Shown: positions 51,759 through 64,000 of the stretch, one piece after another
Numbering within the stretch: position 1 is the first letter of the stretch
How the letters are laid out: each line of letters opens with the position of its first letter
Assembly: GCA_047601445.1 (NCBI GenBank)
Contig: JASGJH010000001.1
Span: 8,512,001-8,576,000 of the forward strand
DNA: 64,000 bases
DNA from: Myxococcales bacterium
Lineage (GTDB): Bacteria > Myxococcota_A > Polyangia > Polyangiales > DASUME01
Direction of reading: 5' to 3'
Notes under the pieces: generated by a model
What the model was told of the DNA's origin: nothing
Seen by the model: only the letters and a program-made list of their open reading frames with translations
The model's database searches: none
Program-made: the position numbers and the translations under genes

Positions 51759-53378
51759 CTAGCGTCGGATCTCCGCAGGACCGAGGATGGGCCCCACGCG
51801 CTGCGCCAGCGCGCTCATGCTGAAGGGCTTCTGAAGGAAGCTCTTGGCGCCGCGGTCGATCAACGCTTGGGCCTGGCCGTCGATGCTGTAGCCGGAGGCC
51901 ACCACCACCTGCACTTCGGAATCGATCTCGGTGAGCCGCTCGAAGGTCTCAGCGCCCGACAGTCCCGGCATGATCAAGTCCAGGAGCACCAGGTCGACTT
52001 GGTAGGGGTGGGTTCGGAAATAGGCGATCGCGCTTTCGCCATCGGCGAATGTGGTGACGTGACAGCCGAGCGCCTCGAGCATGCCGCGCGCCACCTCGCG
52101 CACGCTCTCTTCGTCGTCCACCACCATCACGCGGCCCCGTAGGCGCAAGCTCTGGGGCTCGTTGTTCTCGGGGAAGAAGGAGACCCTGCGATTCGACACG
52201 GGTAAGTAGATCGTGAAGATGCTGCCCTTGCCGACATAGCTCTCCACGCCGACGGCCCCGTGGTGGTTCTTGAGCGTGCCGTACACGGCGGCCAGGCCCA
52301 GGCCAGTGCCGGCGCCGATTTCCTTGGTGGTGAAGAATGGCTCGAAGATGCGCGCGCAGACCTCGGGCTCCATGCCCACGCCCGTGTCGCGCACTTGTAG
52401 ACACACGTAGTCGCCGGGCTCGAGTCCGTACGGGGGCGGCACTTCGTTGGACGGCAGAAAGTTCCTGTTGAAGGTGTGCAGGCTGATCGTTCCGCCTTCG
52501 GGCATGGCGTCGCGCGCGTTCAGCAACAGATTCAACACCGCGCTCTGCAGCTGCGACGGGTCGCCCACGGTGCGTGGCTGCGCGGCCCCGAGCTCGGTCT
52601 CCACCTGGATGTTCTTGGCAAAGCTGCGCGTCGCCAGCGAGACCACCTCACGGACCAGTCGGTGCAGATCCACCGGCTCGGAGAGGAACTTGCCGCGCCG
52701 CGAGAAGGCGAGCAGTTGCGCCGTGAGGTCGGACGCGACCTTCACCACGCTGGTGAGCTGTTCGAGCTTGCCGAGCACAGCGGGGTTCTCGGCGGCCGCC
52801 AGCTGTGCGAGCTCGGCGTAGCCCAGGATGCCTGCGAGCTGGTTGTTGAAGTCGTGGGCCACGCCGCCCGCCAGGCGACCGATGGCCTCGAGCTTCTCCG
52901 CCTGGGCCAGACGTCCTTCCAGGTTCTTGCGCTCGCGGATGTCCCGGATGAACGCGCAGCTGTACTGGGCCCCGCTCAGCATCAGCAGGGTCGCGCTCAC
53001 CTCCACGGGCACGACGCTGCCGTCCTTGCGGCGATGGCGCGCCTCGAACGTGCGCCGTCCTGCGGTGCGCAAGAGCGTCCAGATCGCCGCCCAGTTTCCG
53101 AGGTCCAGGTCCACGTTCAGATCGAACATGCGCAGCGAGCACAGCTCTTCGACGCTGTAGCCGAGCATTCGGCTGGCTGCCGGGTTGGCGAATACGATGT
53201 GCCCGCTCTCCGCCACCAAGTACGTGGCGTCGGCAATGCATTCGAGGGCGAAGTGCGCGAAGCGATCGAAGTCGGCCGCGTCGACGCGTGGCCCACATGG
53301 GCCTTTGATTGGCTCGTCTTCGTCGCGTAAGCGCGCTCGGTCCACGGGTTTCCCCCTAACCACAGAACAAAGTATCAC
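51759..53378 (-). CDS. PAS-domain hybrid histidine kinase/response regulator
   Basis: PAS, AHDFNN, NARDAM, GTGLGL, receiver VVDDE...LLDLIMP...KPF. Confidence 0.95.
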   Translation of the reverse strand: MILCSVVRGKPVDRARLRDEDEPIKGPCGPRVDAADFDRFAHFALECIADATYLVAESGHIVFANPAASRMLGYSVEELCSLRMFDLNVDLDLGNWAAIWTLLRTAGRRTFEARHRRKDGSVVPVEVSATLLMLSGAQYSCAFIRDIRERKNLEGRLAQAEKLEAIGRLAGGVAHDFNNQLAGILGYAELAQLAAAENPAVLGKLEQLTSVVKVASDLTAQLLAFSRRGKFLSEPVDLHRLVREVVSLATRSFAKNIQVETELGAAQPRTVGDPSQLQSAVLNLLLNARDAMPEGGTISLHTFNRNFLPSNEVPPPYGLEPGDYVCLQVRDTGVGMEPEVCARIFEPFFTTKEIGAGTGLGLAAVYGTLKNHHGAVGVESYVGKGSIFTIYLPVSNRRVSFFPENNEPQSLRLRGRVMVVDDEESVREVARGMLEALGCHVTTFADGESAIAYFRTHPYQVDLVLLDLIMPGLSGAETFERLTEIDSEVQVVVASGYSIDGQAQALIDRGAKSFLQKPFSMSALAQRVGPILGPAEIRR

Positions 53379-53475
53379 CTAGCGCGCCGAATGCAGGGGG
53401 CGAGAGCGCGCGTTGCGCGTTCCCGTGCGCTCTTGCGGGCGGTCCGTGACGGCCCGGGCGGGCGCGCAAATCTCC

Positions 53476-53491
53476 TGGCACTCGGGTTGCT
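53476..53491 (+). promoter_or_regulatory. sigma54 -24/-12 promoter
   Basis: TGGCAC-TCGGG-TTGCT, exact consensus spacing, 35 bp before the ATG at 53527. Confidence 0.75.
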
Positions 53492-53526
53492 GAGAGGCGC
53501 CGCAGTTCTCTTAGCTCGAGGTTTTC

Positions 53527-55078
53527 ATGCGGACAGGCAACAAGCGCAGATTCGTTAACGCAGTGCTACAGGCGGCTTCGTGCGTGGCCCTCGGCTCGGC
53601 CGCTGGAGCGCGTGCCGACGCCATCACGGACTGGAACGAAAATGCCGTCAGAGCAAGCAAGGGCTTCGATGGCAGCGCCGGAACGGGGGTGGCGCTCGAC
53701 TCCAACTTCGGCGCTCGCGTGGACGCCATCGTGGCGCGCGCCGCCTTCGACGCCGTGAACTCCATCGATCACTTCTTGCCCGAGGGCTACTACTATTCCG
53801 CGCAAAATACGGGATTCTGCGAGCGCCGCCGCTGCCCAAGCTGCCCACGACGTGCTGCTCGGTCAGTTGCCCGATCCGAGCGTCGACGCCAGCGCGGACG
53901 CGCGCTGGGCGCCCGTGCGGAAGTGGCTCGATGTCGCCCTGAGTGACTATCTCGCGGCCTTGAACGTGGCACCCGACGACGGCGGCGTCGCGGCCGGCAA
54001 GGCGGCGGCCCTGGCGGCCAACGGCGCGCGCAAGTTCGACAACGCGGCGCCCGTGACCAGCTATGGGGCGAACCTCACGCCCGTGTCCAATCCAGGCATT
54101 GGCGTCTGGCGTCAGAGCAATGCCGCTGCGGTGTTCGTCGATCCCGCCACCGGAGCGCCCACGGGCTTCGACGCGGCCGGCGTCATCCAGGGCCGCGCTG
54201 GCGTCGATTTGAACTTCCGCGACGTGCTGCCGTTCAGCTTGAGCGTCCGTGAGCGAGCGTCCCTCGTCTCGCGCGTGCCGCTCTCGCCCGAGGTTGGCAG
54301 CGCCGAGTACGAGCGTGAGCTGGCCTTCGTGAAGTCGGTAGGGCGTGACTCCTCCAGCGTGCGCAGCGCCGATCAGACCGCGCAGGCGCTCTACTACAAG
54401 CAGGACGCCGAGATCTTCGTGTTCGAAGCAGCCCGCGTGGCGGCCCTCGCGCGCGGCCTCACGCTGGATGAGAACGCCGCCCTGTTCGCCGTGTTGGCCA
54501 GCGCCGTGGCCGACGCGCGCATCGCGGCCTTCGCTTCCAAGTACGAGCAGCGCTTCTGGCGCCCCATCACCGCGCTCAACGCCGACGCCGATGGCGCCGT
54601 ACGCAACGGCTACCAGGCCTGGCACCCGCTGGCCGCGACTCCCTCCCATCCCTCCAACACGGCCGGTCACAGCGCCACGGGAGCCGCGGGAGCGGAGATC
54701 CTGCGTGCCTACTTCGGCGACAAGATCCTGCCTTCGGGACGCGCCGTGACCTTGGGCACACTGCCCTGGCTCAGCGGTGGCAACAGCGGGACGGGCAAGG
54801 TCACCACGCGCCAGGTCTCTTCCTTCAGCCAGCTCCAGCTCGAGAACGGCGCGAGCCGCCTGTACCTCGGCGTGCACCACGGCTTCGACAACTACCAGGG
54901 CCAGCTGCTGGGGCTCGCCGTGGCTGACACGGTATTGCTGGGCGACCTGGCGGCGGTGGGCGTGCGCATCCCCGAGTCACCGGCCTCGTTCCTGCGCCTC
55001 GGCGTCACGCTGCTGCTCAAGCCCGAGACCTATGGGTTCTTCGGTCGGAGCACCGAGGCGCCCAAGTCCTGGCGCTGA
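53527..55078 (+). CDS. secreted vanadium-dependent haloperoxidase/PAP2-like protein (frameshift near 53815)
   Basis: Signal peptide, ITDWNE; K-x6-RP (KYEQRFWRP), PSHPSNTAGHS, SRLYLGVH; removing one T joins ORFs 53527 and 53852. Confidence 0.82.
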
Positions 55079-55159
55079 GAAAGGCCCGCGATCAGCGCGG
55101 GGCTGCCCGCAACCTCGGCCAAACACCGCAGTTGACCGGCCTTCCTTGTCGTAATACAC

Positions 55160-56542
55160 ATGATGACAATGAAGCGCCTCCGAGGTCTCCACGCGTTGCT
55201 CCACGACGGCGTCGAAGCGATCGTCGACCTCGTGCAGGAAACCCACGAATCGGTTGCGAAAAAGCCCGAGCGGCTGCTCGGTGATGTGCCCGGTCTGGGC
55301 GAGGGCGCTGCGGTGGTCGGTGCGCTGCACGGCGGGATCGCGAGCCTGGTCTACGACAGCATTCGGCTGGTCAATCGCGGCGTGGAGGCGGTGGGAGGCC
55401 TCGCCGTGGACGCGGCCGATCGCAGCGGCGTGGGGCAACTGGTGGCGGAGCAGGCCTCTTTCGCGCTCGATCCGCAGGTGGCCCGCGAGCTCACCTGGTG
55501 GAGCGACACGGCGCAGAGCGCCCTCAACGCGTGGGCGGGAGATTTCCTGGCGCGCCGTGAAAACGCGCTCTCGATCCCGCTCGAGTTCTTCGTGGCGGGC
55601 AAGTCCGTGGCCTGCACACCCGAGGCACTGCGCGCGGCGCTCCCCAACGCCACGGGCAAGCTGTGCATCTTCGTGCACGGCCTCGGCTGCACCGACGCCA
55701 CCTGGAGCTTCCGCGCGCGCGAGCAATACGGTGATCCCGACGCCAACTACGGCAGCTTCTTGGGGTCGGAGCTCGGCTACAGCGCGATCTACGTCCGCTA
55801 CAACACGGGCCTGCACATCTCGCAGAACGCGCGCGCGTTGGCGGGCGCTATCGATGCGCTGCTCGCGGCGTACCCGCTGCCCGTGGAAGAACTCGCAATC
55901 GTGGGCCACTCCATGGGTGGCTTGGTGGCACGCGGGGCTGCTCACTACGCGCAGCTCGAACAGCGGCCCTGGGTTCAGCGACTGCGCCACCTCTTGTGCA
56001 TCGGTTCGCCGCACGTCGGGGCGTCGCTCGAGCGCGCCACCAACGTGTTTACCCATGTGTTGATGCGCTTCGACACGCCCGGCACCCAGGTCCCCGCCAA
56101 GCTGCTCAACACGCGCAGCGCCGGCATCAAGGATCTGCGCTTCGGCTACGTGCTGGATGAGGACTGGACCGATCGGGATCCCGACGCCTTGCTGCGCGAC
56201 GAGCGCAACGACGTGCCGTTGGTGTCGGGGGTGACCTATGGCTTCATCGCGGCCACCTTCACGCGCGATCCGGAGCATCCCCTGGGACGCTTGCTCGGCG
56301 ACATGTTGGTGAGCGTGCCGAGTGCGCTCGGTCACTGCCCCGAGGGACGCCACGTGCGCTTCGACCTCGGGGAGGTGGTGTTCGGCGTGCATCACATCGC
56401 GATGCTCAACCATCCCGAAATCTACCAGCTCGTGCGGCGCTTCTTGTCGAGTCAGATTCTCGACGTCGCTTGCGAAGAGGTGTCCGAGACGGGCCCACTG
56501 CTGTTGCCCGCCGAGACGCCTGCAGAGACTCGAGAGAGCTGA
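55160..56542 (+). CDS. PGAP1-like alpha/beta hydrolase (lipase/esterase)
   Basis: FVHGLG, VGHSMGGLVAR, IGSPHVGA. Confidence 0.88.
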   Translation: MMTMKRLRGLHALLHDGVEAIVDLVQETHESVAKKPERLLGDVPGLGEGAAVVGALHGGIASLVYDSIRLVNRGVEAVGGLAVDAADRSGVGQLVAEQASFALDPQVARELTWWSDTAQSALNAWAGDFLARRENALSIPLEFFVAGKSVACTPEALRAALPNATGKLCIFVHGLGCTDATWSFRAREQYGDPDANYGSFLGSELGYSAIYVRYNTGLHISQNARALAGAIDALLAAYPLPVEELAIVGHSMGGLVARGAAHYAQLEQRPWVQRLRHLLCIGSPHVGASLERATNVFTHVLMRFDTPGTQVPAKLLNTRSAGIKDLRFGYVLDEDWTDRDPDALLRDERNDVPLVSGVTYGFIAATFTRDPEHPLGRLLGDMLVSVPSALGHCPEGRHVRFDLGEVVFGVHHIAMLNHPEIYQLVRRFLSSQILDVACEEVSETGPLLLPAETPAETRES

Positions 56543-56548
56543 ACGCGC

Positions 56549-57877
56549 TCAGACCAGGGACACGCGGCCCGGATCGAGTGTGGGGCGCGAGGCCCGTGAG
56601 TGAGCCTGTTTGAGCTGGTTCTCGATGATGGTCACGGAGCGACTCAGCGCATCGTAGAGCTTGTACTCATCCGCCAGTGCGCGCGCCTGCGTGCGATAGC
56701 GCGGGTCGTCCAGCACCTGCATGACCGCCTTGCGCACCGCCTCGGGAGTCGGCTTGCCGGTCTTGAGGTTGATGCCCACGCCCGACCAGGCCACGCGTGC
56801 CGCGACCTCGGGCTTGTCCTCCGAAGCACCGGCGACCACCAGCGGCACGCCGTAGGAGAGCGCCATCTGCACGCCGCCGTAGCCGCCGTTGGTGAGCATC
56901 ACGGAGGTCTTGGGTAGGAGCTCGGGGTAGGAGATGAAGGGAGCCACGCGCGCGTTCTTGGGCAGCGTTCCGAGCTTGAGGCTCTCCAGCGGGCGATTGC
57001 CGGTGGAGATCACCACGAGCACGTTCTGGTCTGCGAGTCCTGCGAGGGCCGGTGCGAACAGGTCGGGGTTGGTGTTCGCCACCGTGCCTTGCGTGATGTG
57101 GACCACGGGGCGGGTTCCATCGAGCTCGGACCAGAACGAAGGCTGCGGCACGTCTTGCGGCCGCTCGGCCGGCATCATGCCCACGAAGTGCACGTGACTC
57201 GGCAGGTTGCTGCGTGGGTACTCGAAGCTCGGCACCGTCGGCTGCAGGTAGAAGGAAGCGCGCGTGCCCATGTCGAGCCACCAGCCCGTCGGAGCCAGAC
57301 CCACGCCTGCACGCGTGCGGTTCCAGTGTGTTTGAGTATCGCGCAGAGCGACGTTCTGCACGAACGCGTGCAGCATCTTGTTGCGCTGGCGGCCGAGGAA
57401 CGAGGCGCTCGGTTGGATGCCGAAGCCGAACGGTGCGACTTCGTCTGCGCTGAGGCCGAGCGGCATCACGCCGAAGGTGCCGATGGGGGGACCGCCACGC
57501 TCGAACAGGAAGAGCCCGCCAATCATCCCGGGATTGCCCAGCACGAGGTCCGCCGGGAACTCCTCGATCACAGCTGTGAGATCCGCTAGCTGGTCCGGGG
57601 CCGCGTCGATGAAGACGTGCTTCATGTCGAACTTGAGCTGGTTGATGCCGCTCAACTTGGAGCGCTCTGGAAACGCCGCATCCAGCTCCGACTCGTCGAT
57701 GTCACGGGCGCGCGTGTAGCCGAAGAAACGAGCGCCCGTGCGCTCCACGCGAGCGCGATGCTTCTCACCCGTGTACCAGGCGACCTGATGGCCGCGTGCG
57801 ACGAGCGCGCGCGCCAGGGGCAGCATGGGCGCGATGTGACCGATGATGGGGACCGTTGCGATGAGGATGCGAGCCAT
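56549..57877 (-). CDS. family 1 (MGT-like) glycosyltransferase
   Basis: GHIAPML, HITQGT, TNGGYGGVQMALSYGVPLV, EDKPEV. Confidence 0.92.
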   Translation of the reverse strand: MARILIATVPIIGHIAPMLPLARALVARGHQVAWYTGEKHRARVERTGARFFGYTRARDIDESELDAAFPERSKLSGINQLKFDMKHVFIDAAPDQLADLTAVIEEFPADLVLGNPGMIGGLFLFERGGPPIGTFGVMPLGLSADEVAPFGFGIQPSASFLGRQRNKMLHAFVQNVALRDTQTHWNRTRAGVGLAPTGWWLDMGTRASFYLQPTVPSFEYPRSNLPSHVHFVGMMPAERPQDVPQPSFWSELDGTRPVVHITQGTVANTNPDLFAPALAGLADQNVLVVISTGNRPLESLKLGTLPKNARVAPFISYPELLPKTSVMLTNGGYGGVQMALSYGVPLVVAGASEDKPEVAARVAWSGVGINLKTGKPTPEAVRKAVMQVLDDPRYRTQARALADEYKLYDALSRSVTIIENQLKQAHSRASRPTLDPGRVSLV

Positions 57878-57956
57878 GGGGTCTTCCGTAGGGGTGCCCG
57901 ATCCTACGGAGTCTGAACCAGGCAATCGCCGCGGCCCCGGGGGCTTTAGGAACTTT

Positions 57957-59690
57957 TTAGGGCTCGGGCGCGACCGTGGTGTCCCCGGCGGGTGCTTGCT
58001 GCGGTGCTTGGAGGCCGGGGGAAGTCGGGGCAGGTGCGATTGGTGCGGACGCGGGGTGCCGAGCAGGAGCAGGCACAGGAGCAGTCTTGGGAGCGACTGC
58101 GTCGGGCGGGTTGTTGGCGGGCATACGTCCAGGTGCCGGCGCGGCGGGGCGCGGCAAGGGCAAACTCGGCGCGGGCGCAACCTTGGCGGGCGCTGCAGGA
58201 GGCGTGGGCGCGGGCGTGCTGCCAGGCCGGCGGAAGCGCTCGAGGGCAATGGCCAGGGCCGCCTCGGCTTCGTTGCCGACCGTATATTCGGTGGGCCAGC
58301 CCTCTCCCGTGACCGGAATCAAGTCGCCCAGGTGCTGCCGAATCCGCCAGGCATCCTCGGCCGTGCCACGCGCGGCGAAGTAGCGCAGCGCGATGACCCG
58401 GTTCCACCAGAACACCGAGTGCACCTTCTCGCCCAACAGGAGCAGCAGCGAGAGATCCGAGGGGTAGCGGTTCACGCGCTCGCTATAGGCGTCGATCTCC
58501 GACTTGGCGAAGTTCATGTTCCACTGCCGTGGCAGCGCTCGAAAGAAGGCCTGCAGCGACTGTGGGCCGCCGATCTCGAGCAACAACTCGGCCGCCTTCT
58601 GTCGCAGCCCAGCGTGCAAATGGTCGCTGGTGAGGATCAGCAACGACGGCAACAGGTCGCGCGAACGGCTCTCGCCCGCGCGCGCGATGGCGAGCTCGCG
58701 CACGCTCACCGGGGTCTTGTCGTCGAGGGCGAGCTTGAGCAGGGCCGGGATCTGCCGCTCGTCCACGTGTCCTTCGAGCAACGCGAACGCCAATGTGCGC
58801 TCTTCCAGGTCGTAACTGGGCTGCTCCGCGATGGCCAGCAGGCGCGCGCTGGCGGCGGGCTGGTCGGCAAAGCGTCCCAGGGCCGGCAAGAGGCGCTTCT
58901 GCAGGGCGTCCTTGCGGCGGGCATCGATCTGCGCCTCCACCAGTGTGGACTCCGTGTTGGACGCGAAGGCGCCCTCGCGCCGCAGCTGCTCCTCGATCAC
59001 TCGGCGCTGGCGTAGGCTGCGGTAGTCGCCTTCCACTTGCACCAGGCGCACGGCCGCGGCCGCTCGCGTGGGCCCGTCGGCGCGCGCATCGATGATCTGT
59101 ACGAGCCGCTCGAGATTGCGTGGCGTCTGCTCGGCGCTCAGCGCCTTCACCAGCACGGGCGCCGCGTGGAGCCCCATCCGTGCCGCCACGGCCTCGAGCG
59201 AGTACACGCCGCGGTCTGCGCGGGCGTCGAGGTCCTCGACCATCCAACCCAGCAGCTCGGCCCCGAGTTGATTGCGCTCGCTCTCGCCGAGCAGCGGCAA
59301 GAGCTCCACGCCGGCGTCCTTGGCGCGCAGCGCTCGGTCCGAGGGCTCGCGATAGCGGCTGGTCAGCATGCGTGTCGCGAGGCCGGCCTGGAAGGTCGGC
59401 ACGATCTGGTTGCGGGCGTGGGACGACAGGCGCTTGAGGTCGTCGAACAGGACTTCACGTCCGTTGAGGTCGGGCCGCTCGAGGTCGAGCAGATTCAGCG
59501 CAGCGTCCGCGCGCAATCGAGCCGGCCGCGTGCCGTCGAGCAAGATCGCGCGCAGCTTCTCTGGACCCGTGGCCGTGGTTTGAAACGCCTGCAGATCGCG
59601 CTCATCGAGGCTGCAGCCAGATACCGAGCCGAAGCACACCGCCGTCGCAACCAGGACGCCTAGCGTCCGTGCATGCGTTCCCTTCCTCAC
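57957..59690 (-). CDS. HEAT-like repeat lipoprotein with Pro/Ala-rich tail
   Basis: VSGC lipobox, helical repeats, low-complexity C-terminus. Confidence 0.7.
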   Translation of the reverse strand: MRKGTHARTLGVLVATAVCFGSVSGCSLDERDLQAFQTTATGPEKLRAILLDGTRPARLRADAALNLLDLERPDLNGREVLFDDLKRLSSHARNQIVPTFQAGLATRMLTSRYREPSDRALRAKDAGVELLPLLGESERNQLGAELLGWMVEDLDARADRGVYSLEAVAARMGLHAAPVLVKALSAEQTPRNLERLVQIIDARADGPTRAAAAVRLVQVEGDYRSLRQRRVIEEQLRREGAFASNTESTLVEAQIDARRKDALQKRLLPALGRFADQPAASARLLAIAEQPSYDLEERTLAFALLEGHVDERQIPALLKLALDDKTPVSVRELAIARAGESRSRDLLPSLLILTSDHLHAGLRQKAAELLLEIGGPQSLQAFFRALPRQWNMNFAKSEIDAYSERVNRYPSDLSLLLLLGEKVHSVFWWNRVIALRYFAARGTAEDAWRIRQHLGDLIPVTGEGWPTEYTVGNEAEAALAIALERFRRPGSTPAPTPPAAPAKVAPAPSLPLPRPAAPAPGRMPANNPPDAVAPKTAPVPAPARHPASAPIAPAPTSPGLQAPQQAPAGDTTVAPEP

Positions 59691-59793
59691 GAATGCGCTC
59701 TTATCCCGAGTCGCACCAAAATGAAAGCCGGGCCGGGGCCCACCCCACCGCGAGGTTCGCTGCGCTCTCGTGGTGCTGCGAACTCATGCCTCG

Positions 59794-61002
59794 TCACGCC
59801 GGGTCGGCTCCGGTGAGTAGCTGGCTCAGGTAGGGAGCCAGCTGGGGCCACTCGTAGACGGCCGCGGTTTCGCGCGCCTCGCGGCTCATCCGGGCGCGTA
59901 GCTGGGCATCGCCCTGCAGGGTCCCGAGCACGCGCGCGAGCTCCGCGCTCTGGCCCGGTGGGACCAAAAAGCCGTTGATCCCCGGCTCGATCAGATCGGG
60001 CGTGCCGCCGCTCTTGCTGGCGATCACGGGCAGCCCCGCCTGCATGGCCTCGAGCAGGCTCGTGGGCATCCCCTCGGTGCGCCCGCTCGCGAGCTCGATG
60101 GAGGGGAGCACGAAGGCGTCCGCGGCCGCGAGCCAGACCTCTTTCTGGGGCCCGAGCACGTGCCCCACGAAGCGCACCGGGGCCGACAGGGCGCGTGCCT
60201 TGCGCTCGAGGGCTGCACGCTCGGGGCCGTCCCCGGCGATCACGAGCTCCGCTCCGGGCAGGGCGCGCACGGCTTCGATGGCGTGCTCGAGCCCCTTGAT
60301 GGGCACCAGACGGCTCAGGCTCAGGACCGTGAAGCGCTGGAGGCCGAGCGCGCGACGCAGCTCCTGGCGCGCGGCCGTGCTCGGGGGCTCCGCGGCGGGT
60401 TCGATGCCCATGGCGCAGACGTGCATGCGCCCGGAGTGTTCGCTGCGCTCCACCGGCTCGAGCAGCGCGCCGAAACGAGAGCGCAGGTTGCGCGAGCTGA
60501 ACAACAGCGCGCTGGCGCCTCGCGCGATGCGGCGGGCGAGCTCTCGACGCAGCGGAAGGCGTTCCAGAAGCGCCACGTCCGCCGAGTGCAACACGGCCAG
60601 GTGCGGGCGCCCTCCGCGCAGCGCTCCTGCGACCAGTGCGCACGGCAAGGCCCAGTGGCTCACCAGCGCGTCCCAGCCGTGTACTTCGCGCGCGGCCGCC
60701 ACGCCGAGTCCGAGCGTGAAGGGGCCGAGTCCCAGGAAGGCTCGCGGATCGCGCCGCAGGTTGTCGAGCACGCCCGCGCCGTAGAAGGTGCGCTCCAGGG
60801 AACGCGGCCTCAAGTACGGCACCCAGCGCAGCGTGACGGGCGAGAAGTCGGGGCGTCCCGCGTCGACCCGCGCTGGCTCGGGCGCGAGCACACGAACCTG
60901 GTGTCCCTGCTCGCTCAGCGCACGCGCGAAGCCGAGCACGAAGTTTCCCGCGATGTCACCCTCGAAGCGGGGAAAGCTCGTGGTCAGGAGCCCGACGCGC
61001 AC
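59794..61002 (-). CDS. family 4 glycosyltransferase
   Basis: LTTSFPR, RLVPIKG, EGMPTSLLEAM. Confidence 0.92.
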   Translation of the reverse strand: MRVGLLTTSFPRFEGDIAGNFVLGFARALSEQGHQVRVLAPEPARVDAGRPDFSPVTLRWVPYLRPRSLERTFYGAGVLDNLRRDPRAFLGLGPFTLGLGVAAAREVHGWDALVSHWALPCALVAGALRGGRPHLAVLHSADVALLERLPLRRELARRIARGASALLFSSRNLRSRFGALLEPVERSEHSGRMHVCAMGIEPAAEPPSTAARQELRRALGLQRFTVLSLSRLVPIKGLEHAIEAVRALPGAELVIAGDGPERAALERKARALSAPVRFVGHVLGPQKEVWLAAADAFVLPSIELASGRTEGMPTSLLEAMQAGLPVIASKSGGTPDLIEPGINGFLVPPGQSAELARVLGTLQGDAQLRARMSREARETAAVYEWPQLAPYLSQLLTGADPA

Positions 61003-61008
61003 GGCACG

Positions 61009-61787
61009 TCACTCGCGCTCGGCCGCCGAGAAGCGCGGCCACATCGCAGCCCGCAGCGCCCGCCGCAGCAGCACGCGCGCCAGCACGAAGGGCACCACAC
61101 CGAGCGCATGGCGGAGGCCCACGCCGCTGATCTCGTCCGCGTACACCGGTCGCACCACCACCTCGTGCACCCTGAGGCCTCGCTCGGCGAGCATCCCGAG
61201 CAGGTCGTTGGGATACCCGTAGCGTGGCCACAAGCTGTCGAGCGGAAGCGCCGATGCGGCCTTCTGCGAGATGGCCGTGTAGCCGCACTGCGAGTCGCGC
61301 ACGTCGATGCCGGTGACCAGACGCGTCAGCCAGCTCAGGGCCTGATTGCCGAGCCAGCGCGTCCACGGCATGTGCCTGCGCACCTCGGGGAACGAAAGGC
61401 GATCCCCCTTCACGTAATCCGCCTCCCCACGCAGCACGGGCTCGAGCACACGTGGCAAGTCCGAGGGATCCATCTGCGCGTCCCCGGCCATCACCGCGCA
61501 CACCTGGGCGCCGCGCGCGAAGGCCAGCTCGTAGCCAGCGACGATGGCGGCACCCACGCCGCGGTTCTCGGGCAGCCGCACGATCTCTACTCGTGCGTCA
61601 CCCGCCGCCAGAGCGGCCTCGTGCGTGCCGTCGACGCTGCCGTCGTCGACCACCACGATGTGACGCACGAAGGCCGGCACGCGCGCGAGCGTGCGTCCGA
61701 TCAAGCGGGCTTCGTTGTAGGCAGGGACGACCACGGCGATCGCGGCCTCCGCGGCCTGATCGGAGCGCTCGGAGACGACCAGCTGAT

Positions 61788-61791
<4 letters not shown>
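61009..61791 (-). CDS. family 2 glycosyltransferase
   Basis: VVPAYNE, VVDDGSVD, NRGVGAA, DSQCGY. Confidence 0.93.
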
Positions 61792-63623
<1,832 letters not shown>

Positions 63624-63731
63624 AATGCCTCCGAGGGGACCGCGACTATAGCCCAGGTCCTCGGCGCAGTCGTCGAACCGACACGCGCCCGGCACGCGGC
63701 CAACACGGGCCGCGCGCTCGGTGTTTCGTGC

Positions 63732-64000
63732 TTACGGCTTGGCGGGTGTGGACGCGGCCGGAGCGGGCGCGACCTGGGCCGGCGCGGCCGGAGCTGGCGC
63801 GGCGGGTGCAGCCGGTGTCGGCGCGGCGGTCGGAGCAGGCGCGAGGGCCGGCGGCGTCGCTGGCGGGGAGGGCGGAGCGGGCGCCACGGCCGGACCCGGT
63901 GCGGGAGGCGCGGGTGGTGCGGCAGGGGCGACCGCAGGGGCGGCCACGGCCGCGGGCGAGCGCAGCGGGTTGCCGTTCACGTCGACCACCGAGACAGGTC
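63732..64000 (-). CDS. 3' end of a gene with a Pro/Ala-rich tail, truncated by the window edge
   Basis: Open frame to TAA at 63732; low-complexity PAP repeats. Confidence 0.65.
   Translation of the reverse strand, partial: PVSVVDVNGNPLRSPAAVAAPAVAPAAPPAPPAPGPAVAPAPPSPPATPPALAPAPTAAPTPAAPAAPAPAAPAQVAPAPAASTPAKP

Noticed and set aside
63624..63731. glmS ribozyme upstream of glmS
   Set aside because: Intergenic region is short (~108 bp) and I see no recognisable ribozyme core

Overview
GC-rich bacterial DNA, probably from Myxococcota (Cys-rich and GDGDG-linker lipoproteins; inference). It has four zones. (1) 190-6600: a decaying accessory islet with a Zn-ribbon/nucleoside-deoxyribosyltransferase-like gene, an HNH nuclease, orphans and a complete IS3-family element (26-bp IRs, GGCT target duplication). 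(2) 6605-21161: a ~14.5 kb element integrated in the 3' end of tRNA-Pro(TGG) and bounded by 44-bp direct repeats. Its core is satellite-like (tyrosine integrase, excisionase-type HTH, Prim-Pol/DUF3987 primase-helicase, candidate arm sites and origin, no virion genes). Its cargo looks entirely defensive (Schlafen/AlbA_2, DUF4062, DUF2971, Gabija). (3) 21850-36241: TetR, dienelactone hydrolase and RND efflux, then a tightly packed operon joining biosynthetic genes (Rieske oxygenase, FAAL-ACP, type III PKS) to aromatic ring-cleavage genes (FAH hydrolase, VOC extradiol dioxygenase, MhpA-like flavin monooxygenase). This is the best candidate for an undescribed pathway. (4) 36477-64000: mostly housekeeping and signalling genes (amt, rph, kinases, MoxR/DUF58 cluster, sigma54-preceded vanadium haloperoxidase-like gene, glycosyltransferases, glmS). 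Six genes are split by single-base frameshifts, five at or next to GATC sites, which suggests sequencing artefacts rather than true pseudogenes. All family calls come from motif recognition by eye; no database searches were run.
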